A DNA stretch of 64,000 bases. Origin: Minutocellus sp. GHC0000111 (lineage: Eukaryota). Below the pieces are notes generated by a model that did not search any database, was not told where the DNA came from, and saw only the letters and a program-made list of their open reading frames with translations. Position 1 is the first letter of the stretch. Each line of letters opens with the position of its first letter. Both the position numbers and the translations under genes were made by a program. Location: positions 558,001 through 622,000 of the forward strand of contig OZ361256.1 in assembly GCA_977018835.1 (NCBI GenBank), in the 5' to 3' direction. Positions 12,588-23,739 of the stretch are shown piece by piece.

Positions 12588-12986
12588 TTAGAGCCGCTGA
12601 AATCTAAAGTCTTATCCGAATTATTGTTTCACATGAAGATAAATCAAAATTAGAGTAAAAATAGCCATTTTCTTAAATATTTCAGCATGGCTATTCTTCG
12701 AGGCGCTTTTCAATCCCCTCGAAAGCAGTCAAAAACCGGGCGCTCGATTTCTCGCGAATCTGACCTCGTATGTCAAAAAGAAATGGCGGCGCTTCTCACC
12801 TGTGATACATTCAAGAAACCCGGATCTTGGCGCGGGCGCGCCAAAAGAAGAAGGGCCCTGCGTTCGGATGTCACCATCGCATCACTTTGTTCTGAACTCT
12901 CACTCATACAGCACCATTCCACCGAACACCAATCACAAACCTTCATTGAAAAAAACGAAAAGCAAAGCAAGAGAACTCTACATAGC

Positions 12987-14420
12987 ATGCGCAACGCACA
13001 TGCACCAGCCTGTCGCATCCTGACCGACAACCCTCACCCAGTAGCAGGATCGTCGCTAAGTGGCACCATATGCTTGGACGTCACACCATCATCAACAACG
13101 GGCATACCTGCTACCTCATCCCTCTGCCTCTCATTTCACGGCGAAGAAGTTTCCACGGTCGCTTCGTACATGGCTCGTGCTGATACAACTTTTAAAGAGG
13201 AATCCAAGTGCAACATAATATCATCGACCATTTCCGATTTTGCTACTTTCGCATCCGAAGACCGGGACGATCCAAATGCACGATTACGCGCTGGGCAATA
13301 CGAAGTGCCCTTTGTCATTGATTTGCCACCATGGCTTCCGCCGACGATGCTATGCAAAGGGCAGGAGGGAAGTTCTTGTGCCATACGATATACACTGGAG
13401 GCATTCCTCATGAGAAATGATAGTAGATCTGCTTCTAGTACTACGCGTCACAAGCTGACCAAACCAGTAGCCTCGAAAGAAATTCTTATATTGGGCAAGT
13501 CAAAAGGCGATGCTGCCCCCCAACTTTCGAGACCATTGCCAATCAAAACAGACGCATGTGAAGAAGAATACAAATTGTTTTCCATGTTTTGTTTCCCACC
13601 ACGTGGGAAGATACGAGTGAGAGGAGAATTATTGCCAAAGGCATCAGCTCGACTTGGCGATCAATCGCTTTGTCTCAGCTTGGATGTATGGAATGATTCG
13701 AAGAACAGTGAAATCGATGAGATTGATGTCAAACTACGAGAAAACATTCGTTGGCAGGTTGGCACCAAGAGTTCAATGCCTCGTAAAGAAAAGGTAAACA
13801 GGATAGTGACGGACACTGTCATCTCTCATCGGCAGATTGTCAAGGCACATACTCGTAAGCGGTCAAAAGAGTCCAGAGCTGCGAAAGTTCAGGGGAAAGG
13901 AAAGATCAGCCCAATCGATACGTGCGGCAGCGCTGAAAAAGAATCACACACCAAATGCCGTCACCACCACATCAAAATTGACATTTCCATACCTTATGAC
14001 GCAAGGTCTTCCTATCCAAATGGAACACTGATATCGGTGGAACATTCGCTCAGCATAAAGACTCAGCTCAGTGGCTGCTCCCTCCTTACAACGCAGCCAG
14101 AGCTTTTCATACCCCTAACATTGCAACCGCCTTCGAATAGCAATGCGCTCATTACACAGATGAATAAGAAACGGCCGAGGATGGTCCGACGGACGGTCTA
14201 CGGCCATGATATGGGAGAGAAGGTTGTGGGAATTATAGTGGGAGAGAACCCGCTCTTTGACCAATCCTACCTAAATCAAACTTACTACGAGGGAGGCGGT
14301 GGCGAGCAATGGAGTCATCTTGCCACCTACTGGAATCCAGATTATGTAGGAAGAACGATCGAGTTGGACCTCGGAAGCAGTGGGAAGGTTGGCGGCGAGG
14401 AGGACATTAGCTTCTTCTAG
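12987..14420 (+). CDS. Arrestin-domain (alpha-arrestin-like) protein
   Basis: GSSLSGTICLDV...FHGEE...AGQYEVPFVIDLPPWLPPTM...AIRYTLEA arrestin-N pattern; ISVEHSLSIK in the C domain. The ORF-track start at 12687 lies inside the mariner element, so ATG 12987 is preferred. Confidence 0.75.
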   Translation: MRNAHAPACRILTDNPHPVAGSSLSGTICLDVTPSSTTGIPATSSLCLSFHGEEVSTVASYMARADTTFKEESKCNIISSTISDFATFASEDRDDPNARLRAGQYEVPFVIDLPPWLPPTMLCKGQEGSSCAIRYTLEAFLMRNDSRSASSTTRHKLTKPVASKEILILGKSKGDAAPQLSRPLPIKTDACEEEYKLFSMFCFPPRGKIRVRGELLPKASARLGDQSLCLSLDVWNDSKNSEIDEIDVKLRENIRWQVGTKSSMPRKEKVNRIVTDTVISHRQIVKAHTRKRSKESRAAKVQGKGKISPIDTCGSAEKESHTKCRHHHIKIDISIPYDARSSYPNGTLISVEHSLSIKTQLSGCSLLTTQPELFIPLTLQPPSNSNALITQMNKKRPRMVRRTVYGHDMGEKVVGIIVGENPLFDQSYLNQTYYEGGGGEQWSHLATYWNPDYVGRTIELDLGSSGKVGGEEDISFF

Positions 14421-14860
14421 CTACGTAATAGAGCAGTGTAAGTTGGTATCTCTAATATAAACTCGCCTACTAGTGACATTCTTTGCTGATTTGTATATAT
14501 TATTAGAAGTACCCGGGGGATTGTCGTTCTGAATCTACAATTCTCAAAATACTTTAGCCAACTGCAGCGGCCTTTTGTAATGTCGAAAACAGACCAAACA
14601 AAAGTGTAGGTCTAAGTGGGCAAGTTGGTGTGTGGTGTGGGCTTCTTGAATTGGAAATGATTGGTGGAAAAAGAGATTCCCAAACTAGTTTTCTTCGAAT
14701 ACTCGAACTGTAGTTATACGTATTTCTTTATGACTTTTAAGATTAAATTGATTCTAAAACCATGCAGTCGCGTGGCCACCGCGGCTTGCCTTCCTGCCTG
14801 CCCAGTCCAGCTAGAGTAGCGGTGCGAGGACTGACTGATGAGTGACCCCCGGTACGAACC

Positions 14861-16147
14861 TTACTGGTCCGTCCGCTGCTGGCCGGCCCTGCGGCTAATG
14901 TCGACGACGGCCTCGTCGGTGCTAAAATTCTTGGTGGCGGCGGAGGCATCGGTGGTGGTAGCTTGGTCGACGTCGTGCGTCTCGTTGACGAGAAGGTTGT
15001 TGCTGCTGCCGTTGGCAGCTTTGTCGTCGTCGTCGACGACGTTCGAAGCTTGAGTGTCGATTTCGTCAACGTCGTCCTCGTAGTCCTCCTCCTTGTCTTC
15101 ATAGCCATAATCGTAGTCGTCCTCCTCCCCGTCGGGGTAGTAGTGCTCGTAGAGCCTCCGCTCGACCTCGTCGATCTCGGCGGGGGTAAGGTCCGCGGCC
15201 ATGATCCGTAGGAAGATCCGCAGCTCGTCGGCGTCAGCGATGGGATCGAACTGGTAGGTGTCACCGGAGGTGCCAGGAGTGGATGCATCCTTGTTGCCGT
15301 GGGCGGAGGTGTCAAAGTCGGCCGAATCGACCACGTCGTTGGGGGAAGACTCCGGACCGTCGGATGAGGTAGAGGTGGGTTCGTTCTCAGCGTCGTCGAA
15401 GTAGGGAGTACCGACCTCCGGGATGGGCTCGTGAGGAGAGAGGGCGATGTACTCCCATCCATCTTCTTCTCCGTCGTCATCCTCTTCGTCATCATCATGT
15501 TCTTCGTCGTAGTAGTATCCATCCTCCTCCTCTTCATCTTCGTCATCGTCACCACCCATCTGGTCGTGGAATGCGTCGAAGCACGACGTCGAGGGGCAGC
15601 AGGCGAGGCCGCCGTCGTGCCAGCCGACGTAGGCGACGCATCCCTCGAGGGCGGCGGGATCGACATCCTCGTCATCGTTGTCGACGGAAAGGAGGATGCC
15701 GCGGCAGTGCTCCGTCACGACCTCGATTCCCGAACACGGGACGGTATCGTCGGACGGACAGGCGGCGCCGAACACGTCGGTGAGGGCATCGCAGGACGGG
15801 TAGCGGTCGTAATCGCCTTCGTCGTCCAATCGGGACAGATCGTATAGAGCCAGGGCTTCCGCCAGGGATGAGGGCTTCCGTCCCTCGTCTTTCATGCCGC
15901 TGCTGCTTCCGCTCCCGGGGGCTGTTCGGATCTGCTCAATATTATTATTCTCCGGCGCATCTTGTGCGGCATCTTGGGCCGACACAAAGACTCCATGCTC
16001 GCCAGAGAACGAGGCAAGGGCCGCCGCCGCCGATACCAGCATGGCACGGGCCGGGCGTTTTCGACTGGAGGAGACGTTCATGGTATTCCTTGCAGTGGTG
16101 TTGGTGGTTCCCGATTGCTCCATTATGCTCATCTTGGTCAACATCAT
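14861..16147 (-). CDS. Putative secreted acidic, Cys-containing hypothetical protein
   Basis: 428-aa ORF; hydrophobic MLVSAAAALASF...VSAQD signal-like segment, Cys cluster, long D/E tracts. Confidence 0.6.
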   Translation of the reverse strand: MMLTKMSIMEQSGTTNTTARNTMNVSSSRKRPARAMLVSAAAALASFSGEHGVFVSAQDAAQDAPENNNIEQIRTAPGSGSSSGMKDEGRKPSSLAEALALYDLSRLDDEGDYDRYPSCDALTDVFGAACPSDDTVPCSGIEVVTEHCRGILLSVDNDDEDVDPAALEGCVAYVGWHDGGLACCPSTSCFDAFHDQMGGDDDEDEEEEDGYYYDEEHDDDEEDDDGEEDGWEYIALSPHEPIPEVGTPYFDDAENEPTSTSSDGPESSPNDVVDSADFDTSAHGNKDASTPGTSGDTYQFDPIADADELRIFLRIMAADLTPAEIDEVERRLYEHYYPDGEEDDYDYGYEDKEEDYEDDVDEIDTQASNVVDDDDKAANGSSNNLLVNETHDVDQATTTDASAATKNFSTDEAVVDISRRAGQQRTDQ

Positions 16148-16339
16148 TTATCAAAGAGCTCAAGAGCCCCCTCCGCAATCACGAGGATGGAGCAAATTTT
16201 TCTTATTATGCCCTGAGGACAGACGGACAGACGACAAATGGCTTAATTATTTGTTGACTGCGTACCGCCATTTCTTAGTCGCAACTCAATATTGAGTGTC
16301 TTTACCCTAAAAAACCACCATTTCCTCTCATTTTACGGC

Positions 16340-17020
16340 AAGCAGCCAAGCGCCAAGCATACCGGTACCTTCTCATGATCTTCCACAACAACTCTCGGTC
16401 GACGGTGTCGTAGGCTTTGACCAGGTCGGCGAAAATAACATAAGAATCGGCTCCGTGCTGGGAGAGAGTATGAAGGGCTTGCTTGACATTGTAGGTACCG
16501 TCGATGCAGCCCTTTCCAAATACTCCTCCACATTTCAACATTGCTCATCCAATCCGACTTCGATGAAATGATTGCCTAGGCGAGTGGCGAGGACAGAACT
16601 AACGAGCTTGGAAGCTACTGATAGTAGTGATATCCCCATCCACTTGTTGGGGTCAGAGAGATCTCCTTTCTTCGGTAGTACCGTCGTCATGAGGGTGGTG
16701 TGAAAGGCATCGGGATCTACATCTTCTTCCCTCCAATAGGCCCGGAGGAACTTCATGTTGAATGATGCAATTGATGATATTGTTCTCGGTTTCGAGATCC
16801 CACTGCCGAAAGAAACCGCCAGCGTTCCATCTGGCTCCTCCCGTATCCTGTCGGACCAACAGGTAACTGGCACGTCTTGATCGAGCTGCTTTCGCAATGC
16901 TGCGATCTTCTGCTGATAGGCCGTCGTCTGCACCTTGCGGATTCGGCGTTTGGCCCGGGAAGATACGTAGTTTCCTCCACCACCGCCTCCCCCGAGGGTG
17001 AAACGAATGGTGGGTAACAT
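16340..17020 (-). mobile_element. Degenerate non-LTR retrotransposon (LINE) reverse transcriptase fragment
   Basis: LPKKGDLSDPNKWMGISLL..SKLVS..LATRL, EQC|G, and GCID...FADLVKAYDTVDRELLW, the N-terminal RT motifs; frameshift ~16535; truncated at both ends. Confidence 0.9.
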
Positions 17021-17596
17021 TGCGGTTCGTGGCGCGGCGACATCGTCGGGAGTGTTGACAGCTGGATCTAGCTAGATCTACACGGTACGAATTCCTACCG
17101 ACACATGCAAGTGATGGGTAAATGCATGCATGCTCATTCACGGTGACGGACTGTGATCTATAACGGCATGTCCTAGTCTAGTATACAGTAACCGTGTTAT
17201 GGTTAGCCCATGTCAGTAACCAGCAGCTAGACTACATGTACAACAAACTAGCTAGCTAGAGAGATATATTACAAATCAGCAGAGAATGCCGCTAGTAGGA
17301 GTTAGGTGATCGTTGCTTTGTAGAGATATACTACTAGCTAGTATGTGTTCTCTCTCAGAGTCTGCTACCGGTAAAAGCTACCGGTAAAAGATCTACCGTT
17401 CGATACAAAATGTTGCTCCTCGAGATCTACCGGTGCATAGCTGAAGACAGCTACGGCGTACCGGTACCAGGAGGAAATCCTACATGCATGATAAAAGAGA
17501 TTCCATTGAATATCTACCGATAGGTCTAAGTAGTTGCAAGTTAAGTTCGTTTCTAAAAGATTCTATTGGTACATGTAGGATTATTCATAGCATCGA

Positions 17597-19872
17597 TCAC
17601 ACGGCCGCCACGGAGCCTCCTCCACCGCCGGTCGACGATGGTGGTGGTGGTGGTGGTGGAGGCCCCCTACCACGTCCACGTCCACCGCGACCCGTCGGAG
17701 GTCCTTGACCACGTCCATTGCCACCAAGTCGACCCCGACCAGTAATGCTACCGGCAGGTCGTCCTCTACCCGGCACAACCATCGCCGATGAAGATGTTCC
17801 CCCCGTGGCAGTCCCTGCCGAGGTTCCGCCACCTCCTGCCGAGGACTTGGCAGCCACCTTGGCGAGTGCCTGCTTGGCCTGCAACCGTCTCTGACAGTCC
17901 TCGGCCAGCTTCCAGCGCTTCTCGCCGACGATCATCCGCAGCATCTTGTCGATGCTCTTGCTGAGGACGGCAAAGTCGGGGTCACCCGTCTTGTGCCGCT
18001 TGGAGCAGTACTGCACGGCCTGCATCTTGAGCTTGGGATCCTCCCGTTCCAGCAGTTGGAGGAGGACGCGGACGTTCAGGAATAGGTTGAGGCTGTTGTC
18101 GGCCTTCTTCTTGCGCATGGCCATCATCTGCTCCGCTCGGCGGAGGGCGGCGGCGCTGGTGGGTGCGTTGGCCGTTGCGAGAGCATTGGGCGAGGTTGAC
18201 GGCGATGACAAAGAGCGGCGATTCCCGGCACTGCCGACTGTGCTGGAGGACGATCGCATCTGCGCTGGGGGGCGGCCCAACCTTTGGGGTACCCTGGAGT
18301 CGATGACGCCATCGCCGTCGCCGTCGGAGGTAGAGGAGATGCCGATGGACGATGATGAGGGAGGGTCCCTGGCATCGCCATCACCTCCTCCTGCTGCTGC
18401 TGCAGTGCCGGGGGAGGTAGATGCGACTGTAGATGGGACGGCGTGGTGAGGGGCGATATCGCACCACCACCTCGTTCTGCCCTTTCGTCGGCCATGCCGC
18501 TGGTATTATCAGCGACGGCGGTGCTGTCGGACTGCATACTGGTAGACATGTGACTGCCGTCGGCGCTCGATTCCTCCATCCGACCGCTGCCGCTGGAGGC
18601 ATCGTCCCTTCCATTTCCGCTTTCGGAGGTACCGGTCGGGCTGGCCTTCTCGGCGGTGGGCGGCGGAGGGGGCATCATGACCTGGTCCAGCTGTTCCAGC
18701 TCGTTTGGCTGTTGTTGTTGTTGTATTTGTTGTTGTTGCATCTGCTGCAGCTGCCCGGGCGTGGAGAAGCTAATGATCCTCCGGTGGGCACCACTTCCCA
18801 TGGCGGCTCCGCCCAAAGCCGCACCGCCGATACCGATACCAGCACGGTCGGTGACGCCCGGGATGACGGGGATCATCCCCCCTCGGCCACCGGTGGCGGT
18901 TGTCCTCTTGAGGGCCTTCCGGGAGCTGCTTGCAGTATTCGTTGCAGTACCAGGGGCGGTTCCAGCTCCAGCTCCAGCTCCGGCTCCAGTACCGGCACTA
19001 TCACTTCCTCGCTTGCTACCTGCTACGGATGCGGATGCTGCTGGCTGTCCACCTCTCACGTGCCGGGCGAGATCGGCCCAGGTCGGAGGGGCCGAACGAG
19101 ACCTCCCGTGGTGAGTAGGACTGTTCCCGCTACTAGAGCTCCTAGTAGGTCTTTGTTGCTGTTGCTGTTGTTGCGCCTTGGCCGCCGAGGCCAGAGCCTC
19201 CTGCAGGGTAGGCGTGGGAGGCAGGTCGGAAGCCGATGCTGCCGATGCCGACGCCGACGCCAGAGACGACGCCAGAGACGTGGCCCCGGCGAAGGTAAGT
19301 CCGTCGGAGGTACTCGCACGAGGATTAGCATCGGCACTACCGGGCGTGGTGCTGGTGCGCGTGGCGGCAGACGGGGCGCTCTGGAGACTCCGCTCGCTGC
19401 CCTGCCGGGAGGTGGGCGGGGCCATCGTCAGGGAGGCCGACCGTCCCAGCCCGCTCGCGCTTGCACTCGCACCGCTGGTAGCAGCGTCACCGCTGGTAGT
19501 ACTATTTGCCGAAGCCGACGCCGAAGACATGGAAAGGAGGGCGGAGACACCCGCGGCCGTACAGGTGCTAATATCGGAAACCCCCGTGGTGCCAGCCAAC
19601 TGTCGTTGTTGCTGCTGCTGCTGCTGCATGAGGGCTGAGGCCGGGACCGCCGCTGGCAGGCCTCCGACTGCGCCTACCGGAACGTTCGCATGATGTGTCA
19701 CATGAGCCGCTTGAGCCTCTTGCTCTTGTTGCTGCTGCTGCTGTTCCTGCTGCTGCTGCTCGGCCCGAGCCTGTGGAGATTCCTGCGATCCAGGGCCACC
19801 AGACGACGGACTCGGACGTCCGCGCTTGTTGTTGGAATGAGACCGCCCGAAGACGGGATTCTGGTCGCCCAT
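17597..19872 (-). CDS. Q/S/A-rich protein with a C-terminal helical domain; frame change at ~18300-18450 (frameshift or unresolved intron)
   Basis: ORF 18124-19926 overlaps ORF 17597-18280, which contains LFLNVRVLLQLLEREDP...LRMIVGEKRWKLAE. Confidence 0.55.
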
Positions 19873-20667
19873 GCTTTGCCTTCCCCGACGAACTAGCACT
19901 TCAATCAACGATCGCCACCAGGCCAATCGATCGAGGACCGAATATTCCTTGAAGGAATGAATGCAAATCGAGGCCCCCGGCAGGAAAGGAGAGGCGCCAA
20001 AACCGGCACGAAACAGCAGTGAGGGGCCGTTCGGACAGCTCGGGTCACAAGTTATATCGTACGGAAAAAGATACGCTCCCCGCTAAGATACGCTTGAAAG
20101 AGATAGCTACTACGTAAAGGTGCGTAGACGAGTACGCTCCCGTCAGGCGGTGCTTTATCACCGGTAATAATTGCAGGCTTGTTCTCGCTGGGACGACCCT
20201 GGGAAAGGAATGGGCAATTGTGACGGCACTGCGGCCTGGCTACTCTACGTAGCTACGTAGTACGTGTGTCACAGACAGCCGTCGAAATCGCCCAATCTTG
20301 GATACGAGGTTCAGGCCTTTCTCCTGTCGCCGAGTTCCCATTCAACTTTCCTTTGACGTGTAATTTGCTTGGCGGGAGAGCAAGCTACGTACGTAGCATG
20401 TCTCATAAGATATTTGAGGGGTGGGAACAACCAAATCCTGAGCATTCCCCAGAAGAAGGCTCCCCCCCCGTACTACTCTAGCTAGCCTAGTATCCTGAGC
20501 AAATGGCTTTTTACTGTCCTATTCTGGGGGATTCCTAAGATCAGATCCTCTACGTTTTTTTAGCAAGTTATTAGCTTGCAAAAAAACGGGAGGAGATATA
20601 CTCAGTAAAAAGGATTGGAAAAGGGGGACGCATCTTCTCGAATTACTCCGTAACATAAAACATTAAA

Positions 20668-22210
20668 ATGGGGAAAATATCTCAAAGTTCCCTAAAATCA
20701 ATCCCTGTACAGTGTAGTAATGTAGACGAGGGAGCCGACAAAGCAAAGGCAAAGGTGGAGGTTGCAGAATTCACAGGCACCGATAGCAGTTTGGCGGCTG
20801 ACGATGGGCGTATCGTTAGCGGCCAAGATCGACAAGATGGACAGGCGTTCGATGTCATTCCCGCTCGGCCTCGTCCTTCTGCCGATGCCAATACCAGCGC
20901 TTCTCCTTCATCGGCGGAACGTTTCTCGTATGGGTTTGACGATTCGGCATCCGAAAACGATAACGACAATGAAAGTACCACTACTAGTAAAGCAAGCGAT
21001 GACAAGGAAAGAAATAGATCGGATGCCATCTTGAGTGCCAGAGGCTTGGCACAACAAGCGCTGGAAACACAACAGCAACGAACACAAGAAGTGCCGATAT
21101 CTTCGCCGTCTATGCCTCATCAATCTCCTCCTGCTCCGACACAAAGGGTGGCAGTACCGCCATCTCAAGTACCTGCCGCCGACGAACAGTTGGCCCTGTC
21201 CCTGCTGGCGAGGGAGCGGAAGCAGCTCCAGAAGAGACGGGCGCAGGCCAAGGCCGACGAACGGATGGCCCGGGAGGTGCAATCCCAATTGGACCGGCTA
21301 TCCTTCGCCGAGTCCATAACCTCCTCGGTGGGAGACGACGAGGAGGCGACCAATAGGAAGGAGAAGAGGAGGCAATCGATCGAGGCTGATGCCAAGTTTG
21401 CCACCCTCCTCTCTTCGATGGAGGATACCAACATGGAGCTGTTGCGAAGGCAGCGGCGGCAGCAGGAGGAAAACAACCTCGCTCTTGCCAGGGCAGAGCA
21501 GGAGCGGGATCAGTTTCGTCACGAAGTGAAGCATTCCTCTGCTAGTGGTGGTACCGCGAACGCTGATTCTACCACGGCCTCGTTATCATCGACGCAGCAG
21601 GTGCAGATTGACGAGCTACTAGCAAGGACGGAGGCGGCGAGGGATGAAATTCGATTGGAACTTCGAAACCGGGCAGTGGAACATGATGAGGCAGTGGCCC
21701 GGGCGGAACAGGCAAAGGAGAGGGCAGCACAGGACGTGACCGACGAGGCGGTGGCTCAGACTCTTCAGGAGGAACACATCTGAGACCACTGGCAGCAGGG
21801 GCAGGAGTATGTGCCCCCTCGGCCGCAAGAGGAGGTTGGCCAGGTCCAGGCCGATTCGTTGTCGCCTCTACCTCCGCCTTTGCCAACGCAGACAGCACCA
21901 CATAGCAGTCTGGCCTCTTTGCCGCCAAACACCGAGCCGCACTCTCGAGCCGCACTCTCGAGCCGCTTCGATATCCGAGCTGGAAAACCAACTCCTTCTA
22001 TCGGGCTGCACTGTAAGAGATGTAACGGACACCGACGAGGTTCGGCGAATGCAAGATCTCAATATGCGGTGTGCAGTGTGCATGGAGCCATTTGTCCTTG
22101 GCGATCGAGTTCGCACGCTGCCCTGTCTACATGTATTCCATTCCAGATGCATTGACCAATGGATTTGTTTGCGTGGCAAATGTCCTATTGATCAGAATCC
22201 ATGCCTGTAG
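20668..22210 (+). pseudogene. RING-H2 E3 ubiquitin ligase with UIM/CCCUE-like 'DEQLALSL/DERMAREV' repeats; nonsense codon plus 13-bp duplication
   Basis: CAVCMEPF...LPCLHVFHSRCIDQW..CPID. In-frame TGA at 21781-21783; tandem CGAGCCGCACTCT x2 at 21933-21958, whose removal restores the frame. Confidence 0.85.
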
Positions 22211-22387
22211 ACGGTGAATGAATGTGATGCTTGTGTAATCTTTTACGCCAAAAGGGGGATATGTCGCAATGGAATCCATTAATTCATGTAAGATACTCTA
22301 CACTTATCACCTGGCATAGATCTAATGTTAATGCACAGTACGACTTCCGCATCTCAAAAATTTTACCGGGATAAAACGAAGGAAATA

Positions 22388-23301
22388 TCACGTCCCCGAG
22401 CCAATTCCTCCCATGAAATCACGAGGGTCTGGCACGGAGCCATTGAAGGTGGCGCCTCGAAAGTCAAAGCCTGGATTCTCCTCCTGAAAGCGCTCTAGCA
22501 TCAGTTCCTTTTGGATTTCCACCGTTGTGGCAGGATCGACCGCTCGTCCTCCAGCACTGCCACTTCCATCGCCATCGACGCCATCTCGTCCCAGTAGTGG
22601 CGATTCCCATGTTTCCCCGCGGTACACCTTATTTAGGACAATGTTGATGACGCCATCGTCGTCGAGGTACCAGGAAGAGTCGTCGGTTTTCACCTTGGAG
22701 AAGGTGAGTTCGTCGATGAAATATCGATCGGATCCCCGCAAGCTAATCTGGACCCGATCGGTGCGGATATTGCACAGAAGCTGCGAGGCCTGGACTCCTG
22801 GAGGAGCATCGATGTACATGTTGACTTCTGCGCACATAACGAAACAAATTATATCTCATGATGTAAGTATCCATTCAGCACAATCGTAATCGCAACTACA
22901 ACCAAACACAAGATAAAGAGCACCGGCACTACCAATCACATGAATTCCTATGCCCACATACCTTCTAAATTCTGGTCCCATTCGTAAATCTTGCGCCCGT
23001 TGCACTCAAAGACATATCTCCCGTCGTCGTTTTTCTTGGTCATCTTCGTTTGGATCGGAGCTGGTGCTGGAGCTGCTGGAGCTGCTGGTGCTGTGGCGGA
23101 GGCAGAGCCAGTAGAAGTTGGAGCTGTACTTCTGGCGGTAGTTGCAGCAGCAGCAGCAGCTGACCCGGCCGCAGAGGACACGGCGGCACTTTCATCCCTG
23201 ACACTGACACTGCTGTCTACACCGCTACCACTTGCATGGCTGTCCTCGTCGCTATCGTCGGGAAGATTATCAAACTTGGAATAGTCCGACAACTTGCTCA
23301 T
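22388..23301 (-). CDS. NudC-like CS/p23-domain protein (exons 23301-22962, 22827-22388)
   Basis: IYEWDQNLE|EVNMYI, DDSSWYL, KELMLERFQEENPGFDFRGATFNG; GT..AG intron 22961-22828 joins in phase. Confidence 0.88.
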
Positions 23302-23739
23302 ACTACACACTCTCTCTTTCCTCTCTCGTCTCTCTCTCTCTCTCTTACTCGTAACGGATCGCTCGATTGGACGACTCGACTCGACTCCCTCACACGTGTC
23401 ACAGAACAAAGGCTTTTTTATTGCGAGGATCGGATACTGCGATACTGGGAGGGTCTCTACTTCTATGCACGGTAGGATCCTATCGATACTTCTATTCTCT
23501 GCGCTGCCTCGCATACTCGTACATGTTGCAATGTAGCTGCTGCTGGCCCTGCTGCTGCTTGAGTCATCACTGCTGGCCGCCCAGCGGCGGCCTTCCCGTC
23601 TGTCCGTCTTCCGTTCGTTGCTGTGTGATGCCACTTCAAGCAACAAGCTTCAGGCCTCATGACTTGACTTCAAGCGGCGGCACCGGCAGCAAGCAGGGTG
23701 TGTGCTTCCCTGATACGGCATGATAGACCGAGAGACGAC

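Larger units (their letters stand above)
10435..12768 (-). mobile_element. Mariner-like DNA transposon (DD38D), 2334 bp, 29-bp TIRs, TA target-site duplication
   Basis: Left TA|CGAAGTCCGTTTCGCGAGAAATCGAGCGC and right reverse complement TA|CGAGGTCAGATTCGCGAGAAATCGAGCGC (26/29 match); TA at 10433-10434 and 12769-12770. Confidence 0.92.

Noticed and set aside
12687..12986. N-terminal extension of the arrestin-like ORF
   Set aside because: Starts inside the mariner element and runs through its TIR; likely a fortuitous open frame
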